Shown here: piece after piece, positions 25,473-38,410 of the stretch
Layout of the letters: the number at the start of each line of letters is the position of its first letter
How positions within the stretch are numbered: position 1 is the first letter of the stretch
Source: Phoronis australis
Lineage: Eukaryota > Animalia > Phoronida
Direction: 5' to 3'
NCBI GenBank assembly: GCA_002633005.1
Contig: NMRA01000123.1
Span: forward strand, 480,553-544,552
Length of the DNA: 64,000 bases
Position numbers and translations under genes: made by a program
The notes under the pieces: model-generated
What the model was told of the DNA's origin: nothing
The model's database searches: none
What the model saw: only the letters and a program-made list of their open reading frames with translations

Positions 25473-26867
25473 TTTGTCCTTGTAAAGAGGGATTAGTGAC
25501 GCTGAAATTTACGGACTCACAAGTTCCGTGTGCTATTTCTCAGCAAGAGGTACGTGCCTATGCCTGCTGTTTGGTCTTCTAGAGAATTCGACTTCTATTT
25601 TCAGGGGCCCGTTTGATGGAGCTTTTTTCGTCTGAACTAACACCGAAATCAAGCCAACTTCAATTTTTAAACACCAAAACTATGGCCGAAATCGGTTTAA
25701 GCTAACACCGAAAGTTATTCAGCTACGGAATAGGCTGAAAACTGAACTTCTAGTCTAAATGGCCGAACTTTACAACTAATGTCACTGTGAATTGTTGAAA
25801 AACAAATGTTTTAGATATATTTCGAAGTCTAATGTCCATGAACAATGTCCAATTGAAGATGGTGTGCTTCCGATTAGAGAACCCGCAAACCAAACTGAGT
25901 CTATGTAGTGAGCTTTCACTTCACATGTAAAAAGATATCTTCCACTTAAACCAGGGAGATCTCATGCCGAATGAGGACTCGACCATATCCAAAGTCTTGC
26001 AAATAACCGCCATCGAAATTTTAAAAAGCAAGATTTTTCTTCAAACCGTAATTCACAAACTGTGTCGCTAAGTGTTGTGAATTCACAACTGACTGCAAAG
26101 ACGCAGATTGTTTGGTCACGCAGTCACAAACAGAATTATTTTCTAAGTGAGGGGCATACCCAACACCGTCCTGGAGTTCATCAAATGGTCTATTATGAAG
26201 TTTTATCTTAATTTAAACACATTTTTGGTCTAAAAAAAGTATTTCAACACTTTAAGTCTTTTAAAAGAAGCACTTTTTATGGACCGGGTTCTTGAGCTCC
26301 AGGGCACGAGATCGGGACTCTTAACACATACAGTACTTAAATACTCCACTCAACCTTGTTCAAGCTTACAAAACTATTCGCAAATCCCGAGGTATGAGGT
26401 TTTCATCGAAACCACTGCCAGAGTCCCAACGACTAAGTCGATTAGATAACTTATCTATACACGTGTAGTTTTGGTTCTCTCACAAATTAAGGGAATCACC
26501 CCCAGAGGACTTAAGTTACTTCGCTGCGTGAAGGAAAACCACACTTACTGAGTTCGTACAATGGCCATGTGTCACACAAAAGAATTTTATTAAGATATCT
26601 TAAGAGATTTAGTAGATTTTAGTATGCCTGTTGTTACGAAACTAGCGAAAATTTTAAAAATTATTATGTATATTTTTCTGTTATCGGCGTTGTACTTAAT
26701 GGGTGGATGACTGTCTCCACCGTTGTTGTTTTTACCAGTGCGATACTGAGGAGTTGCGAGGAAAGTCCGTCAGACGTGAAAAGATGCGTTTGTGGAGGCT
26801 GTAGTAACAGCAACTTTACTCAGAACGTCTATGTGTTCAAATTTTGTAAATACATGCATAGAAAAAC

Positions 26868-27023
26868 TGTTAACGTTGATGATCCCAGATTCGATTCGAG
26901 TCCGTTCTTAAAAGACACACTACAGCCATTTTTGAGGAAGTCACTTGGTATCTATTTTTCAGACAGCGGAGAGCGTACATCAAACAACACGCCATCTAGC
27001 GGTCGCAATACATAATCTTTACA
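26868..27023 (-). repeat. 3' LTR (156 bp)
   Basis: Direct repeat of 31056-31212, adjacent to the PPT. Confidence 0.95.
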
Positions 27024-27080
27024 CCCTTCCCCTCAAGCTTGGAAAACTTAACTACAGGAACAACAAACAGTTTTACAAGT

Positions 27081-29996
27081 TCAACCTGTCCGGGGGCTTA
27101 ACATTTCTGAGCGAACGTCTAAGAGCCGGTACTGGCGGAGCTTCCGGAAAACAGGCACAGATGCTGAGGGTGATTCCACGACATCCCTGTTAGATTCGGG
27201 AACAATGGGTGAACTCAACATATCATCAGGGCTTGTCGCTGAATCAGGCACATTAACATTAGGCACAGGTTCAATCATTACCAGAAGACAAATGATAGTT
27301 ACTTCTACACTTCTATCATGCAAACTGGGAGATGTACAATCTAGCTGCATCTGGTCAACATGACGTCTGTAATATTTGTCATTGACAGATTTCACCAAAT
27401 ACATGCGAGACCCTAAACTTTCCATAATGATACCTGGCAACTTATTAGGGCCAACACCAAAGTTTTGAAACAGAACCTTATCACCAATCTCAAATACACG
27501 TAATTTACCAGATTTGTGATTTTCACATTGAAAAGCTTGTTTAGTTTTGACTCGGCTAGTGAAATCAGGTTTCACTCTGTTTAAAGCAGTCATTAATCTA
27601 CGATTCATAAGCAACTCTGCGTGTGTAACTCCCGTCACAGAATGTGGTCGTGTTCTGTAGCTCAGTAAAACCCGTGACAAACGTGTTTCGAGCGACCCTT
27701 CTGCGACACGCTTCAAACCATTCTTGATAATCTGCACTGCCCTTTCTGCAGCGTCGTTCGATGCAGGCTTAAATGGCGCACTAGTGACATGCTTAATACC
27801 GTTTTTCACAAGAAAATCTTGGAATGTCCGACTAATAAATGCACTAACATTATCTGAAACAATGGTATCAGGCAAACCATGGGTTGCAAAAATACGACGT
27901 AATTTCTCAATGGTCAACTCAGCAGTAATGCTGCTCATGGTACATGACTCAATCCATTTAGAGTAGGCATCAATGACTATGAGAAAATACGTACCGAGAA
28001 ATGGTCCAGCAAAATCAATATGAAGACTTTCCCAAGGTGCGGTAGGGAGCTGCCACATGCTCAATGGTGCCTCAGCAGGTTTCTTACTCAACATTTAACA
28101 AGTTTTACATTTCCTAACAACATCACTGAATCTAAACCAGGCCACCAAACATAGTTTCTACTCAAAGATTTCATAGCACAAATACCAGGATGTGCATCAT
28201 GTAACTCATCTAAAATCTTAACACGACCTTGCGGGGGAATAATCACACGTGATCCCCACAAAACTAAGTTGTCTTGTACACTTAGTTCAAGCTTCCTGCT
28301 TACATAGGGTGTCAAATCATCAAGTAACTCAGGTGGTAACTTATCCCAACTACCTGACATAATACATGACTTAACAGTAGATAACACAGGTCACGACTTG
28401 TCCAAAGTCTCAACTGCGATGCAGATACAGGAGATTCACTATTTTGTAATGTTTGCAACAACAAAACCAGATCACCAGGGGTAGGAGTGTTTACCTCCTG
28501 AAACGGCAATGGCAATCTACTGAGAGCATCTGCAACACAATTGGGTGATCCCTTACGATAACAAATACAGTAATCATAACCTGACAACGTCAAGGCCCAA
28601 CGCTGCATTCTGGCAGACGCCATAGGAGGTATAGATTCTGTCCCATGTAAAAGGGTTAAAAGGGGTTTGTGATCTGTTTCTAGTGCTAATTTACGACCCC
28701 AAACATACTGGTGCATTTTCTTAACAGCGAAAACACAAGCTAGACCCTCCTTGTCAACCATCCCATAGTTTCGTTCGGCCTTGTTCAAAGATCTAGATGC
28801 ATATGCAATAGGCGATTCAATTCCATCAGGGTTTATGCGAGACAAAGTGCAACCTAAACCATACGAAGACGCATCACACGACAGTAGTAATGGTTTATCA
28901 GGGTCATAATGAACTAACAATGGAGATGAACACAGCAGTTCCTTCGCACCATCAAATGCCCTCTGACACTCTGCCGACCAAAACCAAGTTTGATTACGCC
29001 TCAACAACCGATGAAGAGGTTCAAGTGATGTACTCAAATCACGCAAAAAAGATCCATAATGGTTTAGCATACCCAAAAAGGCTTTGAGTTCAGAGGCATT
29101 TGATGGTACGGGAGCATTCAAGATAGCTTTAACACGATCCTGAGTAGGGCGAAGTCCTTCAGAGGTGACGCGACGACCCAAATACAACCTCTGACTGCAT
29201 CAGTGAATACTTGTCTTTACGGAGCCGAAGACCGGATTCTGAGAAACGATGCAGTACTTCACGCAGATTGTCTAAGTGTTCCCTATCATCAACGCCAGTA
29301 ACAAGCACGTCATCAAGGTACACAACTACGTGCGAGATACCTTTCAACAATGTTTCCATATGGCGTTGAAACAGACCTAATACCAAACGGACACCTGTTG
29401 TAGACAAACAATCCGGGGTGTGTGTAAATAGTGGTATACATTTTGGACTGCTCGTCCAACTCAAGTTGGTTGTAAGCGTTCGACATGTCCAACTTCGTGA
29501 ACTTCTGTCCACCGGCTAATGACGCAAACAAATCGTCCATACACGGAATCGTATAGCGGTCTAACTGAGAAACTTTGTTCACAGTTAATTTGTAGTCACC
29601 ACAGATACGCAATGACTGACCATCAGCCTTGATAACTGGCACAATGGGCGCAGCCCAATCAATGAACTCAACTGGTTTAACGATGTCAAGCCTCTGCAAA
29701 CGATGCAACTCCTCTTCTATTCTAATGCGCATAGCATGAGGCACAGAGCGAGCTTTGCAGAACAGTGGTGTGACGTCAGGGTCCACATGAATTTTAGCCT
29801 TCACATCGCGCAAAGTACCTAAAACCGGTTCGAACAAAGTTGGAAATTCATCCAACACATTTTTAGACACATCAACAGAGTTGACTGGTGTTCCTTGCAT
29901 GTTGAACTCGCGCAACCAACTGCGACCCAACAACGTTGGACCTGCACTCTCCACAATCCACAACTTCAGATCCTCGACACAACCTCGGTATTTCAC
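27081..29996 (-). pseudogene. pol: Gypsy pol (RT, RNase H, integrase) broken into several frames
   Basis: WAAPIVPVIK, LRICGDYK, YLDD, CDASSYGLG, TDHKPL, NCVADALSRL, LHDAHPG..WWPG, HIDFAGPF, DTIVSDN, AERAVQ. Confidence 0.93.
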
Positions 29997-30038
29997 AGAA
30001 ACAATGCATGAACCGGCAACCGGTATCGGTTCCTTAAT

Positions 30039-31037
30039 TTACGTACGCAATGGCAACTCTTCTGGATGCGAATCATCACTCCACGTCTCGAAAAATGTGT
30101 CACGAGACATAAGTGAACGACTGGAACCATTGTCAACCTCCATGGTAACAGGTATTCCATTAAGAGTCAATGTCAACCTGTCTGGCTCATCACCGATAGT
30201 TTCATTTATGTGATACACACCATAGGCATCCACCTCCTGTGTGTCCTCTTGAGACGTTTCTTGAGAGCCTGGAGACACAGATACATGGTGGGTTGAATGA
30301 CATACCTTTTTAATGTGCCCTATCTTACTACATTTGTAACATGTGGCATTTATGAACCGGCACTCATGAACCTTGTGCTTGCCTTTGCAACGCCAGCATG
30401 ATCCATTGAAGTTTGACGGTGTGGAGCTATTTCCACGAGTTCTACGAGGTGCAGGGTTGGGCTTGGGTTTCACCCCACCTTCAGCTCCAGCTACTTTGTG
30501 AACATCTTGCGGTGCTGGGCGGATTTCTTTAGAGTCCTTCTTCGCCGCCTCCATAGCAACCACAATGTCAACGGCATCTTGAAACTTCAAGTTTTTCTCC
30601 CGTAAGACACGTTGTTGCATTTTATCTGAGTAAAGGCCCATAACCAACTGGTCTCTTAGACGCTCCTCAAGTGTAGTTTTAAAATCACAGTGAATACTTA
30701 GGGTTTTCAACGCCGCAATATAATCACGGGTGGACTCTGTGGGCTTTTGTATCTTTTTCATGAATCGGAAACGTTCCATAATCACCACCGGTTTTGGAGA
30801 GTAATGTTCTTTCAGCGTAGCGACGCATTGTTGAAACGTTTTGTCCTTAGGGGCTGCCGGAGACACCAATGTTTTCAACAGATCATAAGCCGTTTCACCG
30901 ATAACGGCTAAAAAACAACTAACATGTTTTCCGGAGGGCAAATCATTTGCCTCGAAATACGCCTCCAATCGTTCGATGTATGACTCAAAGTTAGTTGATT
31001 CTGTTAATGGAGATATTGATCCAATTAAAGACGACAT
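30039..31037 (-). CDS. gag: Gypsy gag-protease (in-frame stop in the protease region)
   Basis: ATG after the PBS (MSSLIG); YIERLEAYFEAN, ERFRF, LRDQLV; knuckles CWRCKGKHKVHEC and CYKCSKIGHIKKVC; protease motif reads VDNG rather than DTG. Confidence 0.88.
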   Translation of the reverse strand: MSSLIGSISPLTESTNFESYIERLEAYFEANDLPSGKHVSCFLAVIGETAYDLLKTLVSPAAPKDKTFQQCVATLKEHYSPKPVVIMERFRFMKKIQKPTESTRDYIAALKTLSIHCDFKTTLEERLRDQLVMGLYSDKMQQRVLREKNLKFQDAVDIVVAMEAAKKDSKEIRPAPQDVHKVAGAEGGVKPKPNPAPRRTRGNSSTPSNFNGSCWRCKGKHKVHECRFINATCYKCSKIGHIKKVCHSTHHVSVSPGSQETSQEDTQEVDAYGVYHINETIGDEPDRLTLTLNGIPVTMEVDNGSSRSLMSRDTFFETWSDDSHPEELPLRT

Positions 31038-31055
31038 TTTTATCTCGTCGCCAAC

Positions 31056-31212
31056 TGTTAACGTTGATGATCCCAGATTCGATTCGAGTCCGTTCTTAAA
31101 AGACACACTACAGCCATTTTTGAGGAAGTCACTTGACATCTATTTTGCAGGCAGCGGAGAGCGTACATCAAACAACACGTCATCTAGCGGTCACAATACA
31201 TAATCTATTACA
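31056..31212 (-). repeat. 5' LTR (157 bp)
   Basis: Direct repeat of 26868-27023 with about 6 substitutions and 1 indel; adjacent to the PBS. Confidence 0.95.
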
Positions 31213-31917
31213 AAAACTGAACTGAAATACATGTAGAATCGGTTTGTGCGCCGCACGAGAGTGTGGAATGTCAGCCGTGCAGAGCAGGTGATTCAATCGG
31301 GAGCTACACTTATTTCAACGCGTTTAAAGGCATCGTGTTTCGACCACACACAAAAGCGGCGTTGCGATGGAAGTCTCTCCACCTTGTAAGTGTATTTGAA
31401 AGTTTTATAGAAAAACGAGCAAATCGTCCTCGTCTTCTGATCAACTGTGTTCCGCCATTGCAATTGATTGTCAAGTGGCCAAACGTCTTCCACACCTTAC
31501 ATCATTTGAGAGGAAACTTGGAAACAACTAACTTTTCTTCAAAATTAAAAAATCGCTACTGCTTGACATATAAGTGATTATTTACTTAGATTTAATGGCA
31601 TTCTTTCATTTTAGCTAACTGAAACCTCAAAAACTGAGAAAATGCACGGTGGAAAATCTTAAAAGGTGGTATCCGTTCCTTGAGGACGAACGGTTTGCGC
31701 TAAAAGTGCATATACTCAATCGTATGTTCTCTTCACCGTTTGGTCTTATTTGTCCAGCACGTGACCTTGATGTCGCCAGAACAACGTAAGCGGTTACACG
31801 CGTAGGCTGAATTTCAAATAGTACCATCTTCTTACCTTGGGTCATTATAACCAATGCGAAAACAATAGACAACGCGATTAGCAAGTTCAAAGAAGGCGAA
31901 GTACATTCAGTAATACG

Positions 31918-32013
31918 TCAACAGTGCACGTAGGCGCACGTTGTCGCACGTAGGCGCACGTAGGCGCAGCAAGCCATCTTTTGACATTTGAACGTAGCGC
32001 CTACGCACTGTTA
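31918..32013. repeat. Mini inverted-repeat element with gcacgtaggc repeats
   Basis: aacagtgcacgtaggcgc ... gcgcctacgcactgtt. Confidence 0.55.
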
Positions 32014-32478
32014 GTTAGGTTCAGTGATCAAGATGATACGGTATGCTTTCGGCCCCTACTTACCTGTAATTTCATAATTTCATCACTACAGCACTGAGCT
32101 ATTATTAAAATAATTTTCAGTCTTTCTCATTAACATAAGTAATCATTGGCGGATATTTTAAGCAAACCGGGGCATCGTCACAGTCTAGAACTGAGAGCAA
32201 TGGCCGTGTTTAGATAAGTCAGCTGGCGCAACTGCACAACAGACATGTTCGTAAAATGCAAACACTCATGTTTCCACGTGGACAATGAGTGTAATTGCCT
32301 GTATGAGACATGGGCACAGATTTCTTTGAACATGAAACAAATGCAGACCTATATCATTAGTCATTGATCCCAACTGCCGGAATTCGCTGAGAGCTGCCTA
32401 AATGCATTTACATGTATTAATGCATTGCTTCACCTTTTCTTAAGTTTTCGGATGAGCAGAAAACATTAGATTACTTAC

Positions 32479-32590
32479 TCGGGTTTCGGCATTCCAGTTA
32501 CGATACAATCGAATACAGCATTCTGGCCCTGGCGAAGGATCTGATCACGTGGGTTTTCAATAACTCTTGGACGTTTCATAACTGTTTTCT
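32479..32590 (-). CDS. Exon 4: N-part of Ig1
   Basis: ccgttgtacag| ... GA|gtaagt, 112 nt, phase 1-2; EKTVMKRPRVIENPRDQILRQGQNAVFDCIVTGMPKP (I-set A-A'-B strands). Confidence 0.92.
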
Positions 32591-32770
32591 CTGTACAACG
32601 GAAACAAAAACAGCGTTGTACAAATCATATCAAGAAGTAACAAAAGTTAAACGGTAGATGGTACAGACGTGTAAATCGAGATCCTGATATAATCCTAGCA
32701 AAGTAGGACGCGAGAACATGCAAGCACAATAATGGTCCACCACATTTGTCCTACGAAGATTGGGAGCATA

Positions 32771-34184
32771 CAGTACAGCCACTGAATTTTTAGACTTCGT
32801 CCGGGCCACCTCACGCCTGGACAGACCGGAGCGCAACCGGAACACAGGCGTGACAGAAATCAGTCACAGTCGCCTCACGCCCACTCTCCGGGTAGTCCTC
32901 ACGCTTACCTCCAGTTTAGTTAACGCCTTCCTCACGCCTCGTTCACGCTTTTTTCGCGCCTCCGTCAGGATTACCTCAAGCTTTCTTCACGCCTTCGGTA
33001 GCTGTGGTAACCATGGTAGGGCACCGGGCTAATCAGTAAAAATACATGTAACGTCTTGATTGCCTGTCGTTTCGGTCAAGTTGCAAAGATATTATAGTAT
33101 ATTATAGAGTATCTTTGCAAGCAGTCATCTATCACACTTGGGTTCCGACTAACTCTGTAACTCCACGTGTTGTTCATACAAACGTCTTCCTTCAGCTCGT
33201 CTTGTGTTACACTTACATGTACATGTTCAATTTACGACTTAAGAGCCAGTCCCATCAACGACAAACATGTACAGTAACCACTATTAGTAAATGCGAATAA
33301 ACGCGACCCTGTGCCCAGAGTCATCTTTACATGGCTGTGGACTCCTTGAAACTTGTCACGGGTGGACATAGTTAATTCGCCTTAAAAATAGCCTGCGCAT
33401 CTTGTGAAGTATTGCGTCACTCCGTAAATTTTTGCACCGCACTGGCGTACAGAAAATTTCAATAGGCCGCCCTTCTGACATACCCATCCCTTACTGCAAG
33501 CAAATGTTTTGACTTAAAAGTCCTGAATCCGTAGTGCAGTTCAATTATCTGTAGCCCACTCCCCGTAGTACATGCGTATCGGCTGAGTACACAGCATCCC
33601 CGGGGTACTTCTTCACTAAAATAATAATAGCGGTCATCTGTTTAACTCGTCAAATGCATGAGCGTGATCAGTTTTCTCCGCATGATGCCAGAACTTGGGA
33701 TCAATGTGCTCAGAATTGACATGCTATGCTCCTTCATATCGTGAAGGCAATTGAATAATTCCGCCGTGTACACGTGTGTCAAGACTCTTTATTAGTTTAT
33801 ATCAAAAACAAATAATTTTATAGACATGTAAGTGAAAAGTAAAGTCCACAGGTCTGTTTTCTGAAGTGACTTAAGATTTGAGACGGAAATTTTGGTCTTT
33901 TACTGCATCTGACGATTTCAAAAAAAAAATTAAACTTCACTTGGGCAAAAGTCTATGAGAATACACACATCACTGCTAGTTACTGATGTAATTTACTTTA
34001 TCATCTGCGATGCAGGTAAACTCACGCCTAACTCACGGTAAGCTTGGGGTACAGTCACGCTTAGGCTTACGCCAGCTGTCACGGTTGATTCACGCCTCAC
34101 TCTCCGGTCTGTCTCCGGTTACGGTCACGAGTGGCTGGACCGGAGAGACACCTGAGAGAGTCTAATAATTCAGTGGCTGTACTG
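32771..34184. mobile_element. Tc1/mariner-type non-autonomous element
   Basis: TA|CAGTACAGCCACTGAATT...AATTCAGTGGCTGTACTG|TA; ~27-bp TIRs, TA TSD, many subterminal cacgcc motifs. Confidence 0.85.
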
Positions 34185-34757
34185 TACGTAGCGTAAAAAT
34201 GATTAGATGTTGCGTTTGATGGAACTCCGATCAGTGCTACTTAAAAAAACGGAGAGAGAATGGCATTTACCTCCATAACGTTTTGCAAATGTTTCAGTAG
34301 CAATTCCTTTTACAGGTATTTGCTGTGGATTAAAGACTTTAACAGGTGGAACATAAAAGGGTGAGAACCCATTGTGACTCGCGGACACGTGACCTCGTCG
34401 GTAACACAGAATGTTTTTAATCATAACATCAGACCACTGAAAACTAAAAATAATCTTATAAGTGTATTTGGATCGAGTGAAGATAATTTCTCTTCATTGT
34501 CTACTATGTAATAGCTAACCGGTACACTGAACTGAGTGAAGTGCAAAAGGATAAAATCATGAGGTACTCGTAGGAACTGACTAGACATACGCGAATGATG
34601 CGTGACATGTCAGTAGAGAGGAATACACTTTGAATGGGTTTAAACACTTTGTATCACAAACATATTTTCAAGGATCATGCTGCAATGACTGAAATTTTCA
34701 CATCTACTTGTTCTACTGTACACTGCTTGGGTCAAGATTGTTAGATGACCCTGATTG

Positions 34758-34800
34758 CTTGTCCTGACGATTATGTTTGAGACATCGAAACATGTTGAAG
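34758..34800 (+). ncRNA. Candidate decayed minimal hammerhead ribozyme (Penelope-type)
   Basis: CTGACGA - ATGT/ACAT stem - CGAAA - palindromic (AA)CATGTT; stem I pairing is imperfect. Confidence 0.3.
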
Positions 34801-35437
34801 TTGAAAAATCTGGTTTTACTTTTGAATATTGTTAATCAAAAGTATTGACATTGTGAGGAATTCTCAATTTTCAAGTAGTACTCAAGAGAGTTAGACCACC
34901 GATGTAGCATGAGTAAAACCTCGAGGGAATGAGCAAATGTAATAAAAAATGAGACGGCTACTACTTAGCGTTCTTGAAAGTTGCCCAATACATAATGCAA
35001 CTTTTGAAGACTCCAATTCACAAATTGATACGTTATCATACATAGCTAAATTATATTTACTAAATTTCCAACCACTCTCAATGAATGAATCCTAACAATT
35101 CATAACCTGCACTAGGATGGTTTTTTCAAGTCATAATTCGCAATAATAATGACAGTAACACTTAAATTGAAACAACGCCAATATTTGCATTTTGCTTCTT
35201 ATCTAGGGCAAAGTAACATTATCGATACCAATCGTGGGATGGACGTCTTGAAAATGCGTCTGTTTGGGTGCAATTACGTAAAGTAAACTTTGTTTTTTTT
35301 TTGAAAAATGCACTGAACATTTTTGTAAGTTTTTATTCCAGTATTAGACTCAAACTTTATTTGTTTTCTCAACTGGATGTCTCAAAATGTTCATGCTTTT
35401 ATTTTCGTTTTTCATAGCACCTACTATAATTTCTCAC

Positions 35438-35581
35438 CCATGCATCGTCCGTAGACCATAACTCTTTGAGCTAAATCACGGCAAACGCACTTTCGACCAC
35501 TCCGCTGCACGTTACAACGTTGTTGGTCTTCGGGACACTTTAGGCCTCTGTCCAATGTGTTGCAAGGTACCTCGGTTGAGT
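35438..35581 (-). CDS. Exon 3: third 6-Cys module
   Basis: tttttcttaag| ... G|gtgaga, 144 nt, phase 1-1; DSTEVPCNTLDRGLKCPEDQQRCNVQRSGRKCVCRDLAQRVMVYGRCM. Confidence 0.85.
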
Positions 35582-35649
35582 CTTAAGAAAAAAACGTATG
35601 TTACGGTATCATTAGTTCACATGTTTTCTACTATCACCTGAAACGACAT

Positions 35650-35912
35650 AATCACAATCGTCATCGTCATCGTTGGCGTCACCGTCATTGTCAACCTCAT
35701 CATTAGCATGACCATCATCGTCACCATAACCATCGTCATTGTCATATCCGTCATCGTCAAAATTGCCATCGGCATTACGTAATCACCATCAGCACCATCG
35801 TTATTGACCTTACCATAGTCATGAACGCCGCTAACAACATCATCATCGTCGGCAATATCGTCATCAGCACCTTTATTATCATCGCGAATAACAGCAAAAT
35901 CATCAGCATTGA
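35650..35912. repeat. Degenerate (CAT/CGT)n trinucleotide repeat, intronic
   Basis: catcgtcatcgt...catcatcatcgtc; it explains the spurious D/M/T-rich ORF 35617-35961. Confidence 0.85.
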
Positions 35913-36035
35913 AACCATTAGAAGTGTGAAACAGTAGCGTTAAGTTGGAATAAGATAACAATTACGTTATCATTTCTTTCACACTGTTAAAACTGTTAGC
36001 ATCCATGTTTTGCTAAAAATGAACTTGATGCCTAC

Positions 36036-36155
36036 CTTTGCAGGAATTGTTGTACTCCAATTTATTTTCAGGACATGCGCATAGTCTTGAACTGCACGTC
36101 ATCAAAGGATCAGGGCACTTAAGACCGGACGATTCACACGGTACCATTCCCGGCA
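36036..36155 (-). CDS. Exon 2: second 6-Cys module
   Basis: gaccttacag| ... G|gtaggc, 120 nt, phase 1-1; MPGMVPCESSGLKCPDPLMTCSSRLCACPENKLEYNNSCK. Confidence 0.85.
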
Positions 36156-38410
36156 CTGTAAGGTCAATAGTTCATCTCGACAGAACCGGAATGCAAAGTG
36201 GCATATTGACATGGTCTTGTGCATCAAATTCGCTTCAATGTCAAAAATACAATATATGTAACGTAGCACTTAAACAACACGACAGTGTCCGCCAAGCTTG
36301 GGGAACTGTATGATGCAAAGAACAAAACAATAGGTGAAACACGTAACTTTATATTGAAAGTAATATGGCCGACTCAAATTTGACAAATGGGGGTAGGACA
36401 GGGCGAGGGATGCAGACAGGCAAACTCGGATGGAAAATTCGCAAACTCAATTAAATGACCCTCGGAGACCTTTTATCGACTAACTGTTGTCAGAAAAGTG
36501 CACACGCAGACACTGTCTGGGAACTCCTCTCGACACACATTCTCATACGCTTGCTTGCACTGAAGGTTTACTGTCTGTTAGAATGCACGTTGCCTTCGTG
36601 GATTGAATGATGTAGGCGCTAAAGGGATTCTCGGCTGCTGAATTACACAGAGCTTCGATCTCTCAGGGATCCAAGTGATTTGTGTTTTTCGTAACTAGAC
36701 ATTGAGGCACGTGTAGCCAGGTAAGAGTGGTTTGTCATGACTGTTGACGTACAAGCTTGCGGCTAGACCACACTGTTCCACAGATCCGTCGATCACTATC
36801 CTTAATTAATCGCAAAGACGGTTAATTACTATACATGTCAAAACTTCTGACTGTCTCAGTTACAGAGATCAAGATATCAATGCAGCAAACAAAAGATGGT
36901 GTCTTCTGATAAACGGCAAAGTGTGAAATGGTGCCAGACAGTATCTTGTAAGTTCAATGTAAAACCTTTTGTTTCTAATACGGTCCGTGGTAGCGTGCAA
37001 TTATCCTTGGGTCCATGACCAACCCATCACCGTAGTACTCAGTGGAACAATGGTAGTTTTGCGATCCTGTAGATGTATACCTCTCTTGTCCGTAGCCTCC
37101 GAGATTCAAAGTCCATATTGTCGAGAAGTTCAGTATATCTATTTCCTTTGTTTAGGCCACAAACAACAATAGAAGTCAGGTTATGTCTTCAGTTTAATTA
37201 TCTTGAAATTTGATTTTTCAGCCACTGCAGCCTATATAACCGTTATTGTCGATCCACCTTCGGCAAGTAAAAACAATGGCAACGCTGTAAAGAAGAACTA
37301 GTTCCTGGAACCCAGAAATCACATCTAGCATATTATCTGAGTAAGAAACTTAAGTTGATCCCAGTTTTAAGATAAACGATGGAAATCAGAATTGAATATT
37401 TTCACGGACGACTAGCTACTAACAGTTTTTAGTGTACAGCTACATTATGGATCTACAGGAGAACAAAATGTGATGGCGAGCTCCACGGTATCTTTTTACT
37501 AGTCGTCCAGGGGTCAGTTTCGTGACAAGTGGCTTTAAGAGACTGAAATAAAATGTGGACTTACGCTCTACACAACTACATGTATTTCTGACATAATGAA
37601 TCTCATGTGAGCAAAAGAACAAAGTGTTTCATGGGCGGCGCAGCACTGAAAAAGTGGGACTATAGCCTCCCCCCTATGGTGCGCCCCCCATGTGTTTGAA
37701 AGATGAAATACAAACCTGTCTTTAATTGAAATAAACTATAGGCTAATTTCAGACTGATGCAGAATGCACTCATACATGTAGTTACTTGGATTAGGTATTT
37801 GCTGAACACTTTTAAAGTTGGAAGCGTAAGATCGAATGTTTGTCTCAAGTCAAAATCCATTTTGATGAAAAGCCTCCCAGTTTTTCGAAGAGATATGAAT
37901 GATGAGTAATAATGTTCACGGACGAAGCGTTAAGAGATGGAACTTTTAATTCACATCCGCGCCATGTACAAAGAGGAGAACAATGTCATGATGGCCATCT
38001 CCAAGCTGTGGTTTTCCTGGAAACTAATGGCCAGAACTGCACAGAAGTTAGAAATAATGCTACAGATGTGCTGTATTGCAGAGGACACGTGTTTTCTGTG
38101 GAAAACAATAGATGCTTTTATGTCGGTTTTTCAACAACTTTGGTGCGCCGACGACTGTTCGTGTTCTCTGCAGTGGGAATGGTGTTCAGGTTAAATGTAG
38201 GATACATTATTAGAAGGTGCACGATAATAGTGTGGAGTTGTATAACAGCCAGCTGTTTATTCCATTATGCATATTTTAACAATATACATGTAGGATGTCT
38301 TATTCAACATTTCGAGCTGCTCAAGACATTCACATCACATTAACGGGCATCAATAGTCAAACTCAGTTACATCAAAATGGCGCTAAGGCCGTAATTCTGG
38401 ATCAACTTAC

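Larger units (their letters stand above)
26868..31212 (-). mobile_element. Full-length, frameshifted Ty3/gypsy LTR retrotransposon (Mag-like), in the intron between the two Ig1 exons
   Basis: TG..CA LTRs at 26868-27023 and 31056-31212; 5-bp TSD AAAAC on both sides. PBS TGGCGACGAG is complementary to the tRNA-Ser(GCT) 3' end; PPT AGGGGAAGGG. Domain order gag-PR-RT-RH-IN. Confidence 0.97.
26775..31350 (+). pseudogene. THAP-domain relic split by the gypsy insertion (26775-26867 and 31213-31350)
   Basis: KRCVCGGCSNSNFTQNVYVFKF...[insertion]...NRFVRRTRVW...IQSGATL...SCFD, homologous to the THAP at 13900-14130. Confidence 0.75.

Noticed and set aside
33545-33615. Candidate terminal exon VKKYPGDAVY...
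   Set aside because: It lies inside the Tc1-like element, and the gene continues well into the Ig1 exon at 32590.
35617-35961. Asp/Met/Thr-rich 114-aa ORF
   Set aside because: It is a translation of a degenerate trinucleotide repeat.
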